From NCBI GenBank assembly GCA_037133595.1, contig JBAXNV010000003.1, positions 1 to 55,583 on the forward strand: 55,583 nucleotides of DNA, in the 5' to 3' direction. The stretch is from a bacterium. GTDB taxonomy: Bacteria; Patescibacteriota; Microgenomatia; UBA1400; UBA12108. The translations under genes were made by a program, and so were the position numbers. Within the stretch, counting starts at the first letter, position 1. The number at the start of each line of letters is the position of its first letter. The notes beneath the pieces were generated by a model. It was given only the letters and a program-made list of their open reading frames with translations, ran no database searches and was not told the origin of the DNA. Below, in pieces: positions 54,419 through 55,583 of the stretch.

Positions 54419-55583
54419 ACATAAAGGGTAGATGCATTTTGAACCTGTCCAACCCACTGGAGATACGAATTTGCAATGTCATTTTGTCCTGTGGATTGGT
54501 AAAATTTTGCGTTAAATACTTTTTGCCTAATCTCAGTTGCCCATACATCACTCAAACCCAACTCCATCCAATCATAGCCGTGGCCAATTTCATGACCTAG
54601 CTTTTGCAACATTATTTGTTTCGTTTCTGCGGTAGTTGCATTTGGGTATAATGTCGCATATCCAGATGGGGTCATTACATATACCGTGGACGTTTTTTTT
54701 GTTTTTAAACCTAAAAAACCTGTTTTACATATATCGTTTACACAAGCCCCCCCCGTTATTTTATCCCCCGGGAATTTAATTGCCATTTCGTCTGGAGTCA
54801 GCACTTTAATGGTTAAATCTGGATTTTCAGCAAATTGTTGCATGTATGATGCGATATCTTTGTTATTAATCCCTGGTTTTGTCGCAAGATTAATTGCTTC
54901 TTCTTGAAAGGAATATAACTGATTAGGATGTTGAATTACATTCATATCTGCTGGCGGACGACCGTATGCTCTAATATAATCTTGGTAATTTTGATAGGCA
55001 TCAAAACTTTCGAATTCGTATAAAGTTTTTGCTGAAGTGGATATTGGTGTCGCCACACTACTAGCAACGCTTTCAACAGCTGCTGCTGCTCCAGAATCGG
55101 CAACTGTGGCCGAAGTTGGCAATTTGCCCTGCTTGTAATCCAATAAACCAAAGCCAACATCTGCTACAACCCCCGCAGATGCAGCTCCGCACTCTAGTGT
55201 ATAGACTCCGCTCTGGCTACAAGTATTGTACGCAGCTGGCACATCTACTAATAAATTGACTCCAGTTACTGCCATGTTTAAATTTTTCGCATTTATAACC
55301 GCCTGTGCTGTGGATAGTGGAGAAGCTAGTACATCGGCCGTACCCATACTTGCCCAACTTAGGGCGGCTTGACCTGTCTTAAACCAAGCATCTGGAGATC
55401 CTGGGTCTTGATATTGAGCAACAGCAGCGTTACTTGTTTGATTTAAGGTGGATACTCCAGCTAAAGTAGTAAAACCAACGCCAACTGCAGCCCCAAAGCT
55501 CCCTACTGCAACTAATGGAGCTGCCATTACAGCACCAGCAACAACTGCAGCATTAGCTACGTAAGTTGTGCCAAGCTTGGTGG
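54412..55583 (-). CDS. C-terminal part of a large protein ending in an HEXXH zincin-like domain (5'-truncated by the window)
   Basis: The frame stays open to the window edge. An Ala/Gly-rich hydrophobic linker precedes 'KLGHEIGHGYD...WATE'. Confidence 0.75.
   Translation of the reverse strand, partial: TKLGTTYVANAAVVAGAVMAAPLVAVGSFGAAVGVGFTTLAGVSTLNQTSNAAVAQYQDPGSPDAWFKTGQAALSWASMGTADVLASPLSTAQAVINAKNLNMAVTGVNLLVDVPAAYNTCSQSGVYTLECGAASAGVVADVGFGLLDYKQGKLPTSATVADSGAAAAVESVASSVATPISTSAKTLYEFESFDAYQNYQDYIRAYGRPPADMNVIQHPNQLYSFQEEAINLATKPGINNKDIASYMQQFAENPDLTIKVLTPDEMAIKFPGDKITGGACVNDICKTGFLGLKTKKTSTVYVMTPSGYATLYPNATTAETKQIMLQKLGHEIGHGYDWMELGLSDVWATEIRQKVFNAKFYQSTGQNDIANSYLQWVGQVQNASTLYVK

Noticed and set aside
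1-55583. Alternative genetic code (UGA=Gly), prophage, tRNA or rRNA genes
   Set aside because: TGA terminates many intact genes. No phage structural genes, integrase or structural RNA genes were recognised by eye; tRNAscan/Infernal were not run.

Overview
Bacterial chromosomal segment using the standard code (TGA is a stop in several ATGA overlaps). It is gene-dense and mostly on the minus strand. Gene content (a giant hypothetical protein, DUF5663-like protein, GT-C/GT4 glycosylation locus, compact housekeeping genes) suggests Patescibacteria/CPR, probably Microgenomates-like; this is inference, not a database result. Core genes are sod, murF, truB, rdgB, secA, serS, lysS, greA, pgk and a class II aldolase, interleaved with accessory cassettes. 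Highlights: (1) a candidate translational T-box riboswitch with an ultra-short Stem I, a Ser (UCC) specifier and a UGGC bulge matching the tRNA-Ser G73 discriminator, upstream of a PspA-like phosphoserine phosphatase, serS and a HAD gene; (2) a class II LysRS fused to a C-terminal B3/4 editing-type domain; (3) relic in-frame copies of the secA 3' end that delimit captured gene cassettes, with similar scars at lysS and an MFS gene; (4) an MprF-like synthase + esterase + methyltransferase lipid-modification operon; (5) a pervasive leaderless-promoter architecture. I found no rRNA, tRNA, CRISPR array, transposase or integrase by eye. All family calls come from motif recognition, not from searches.
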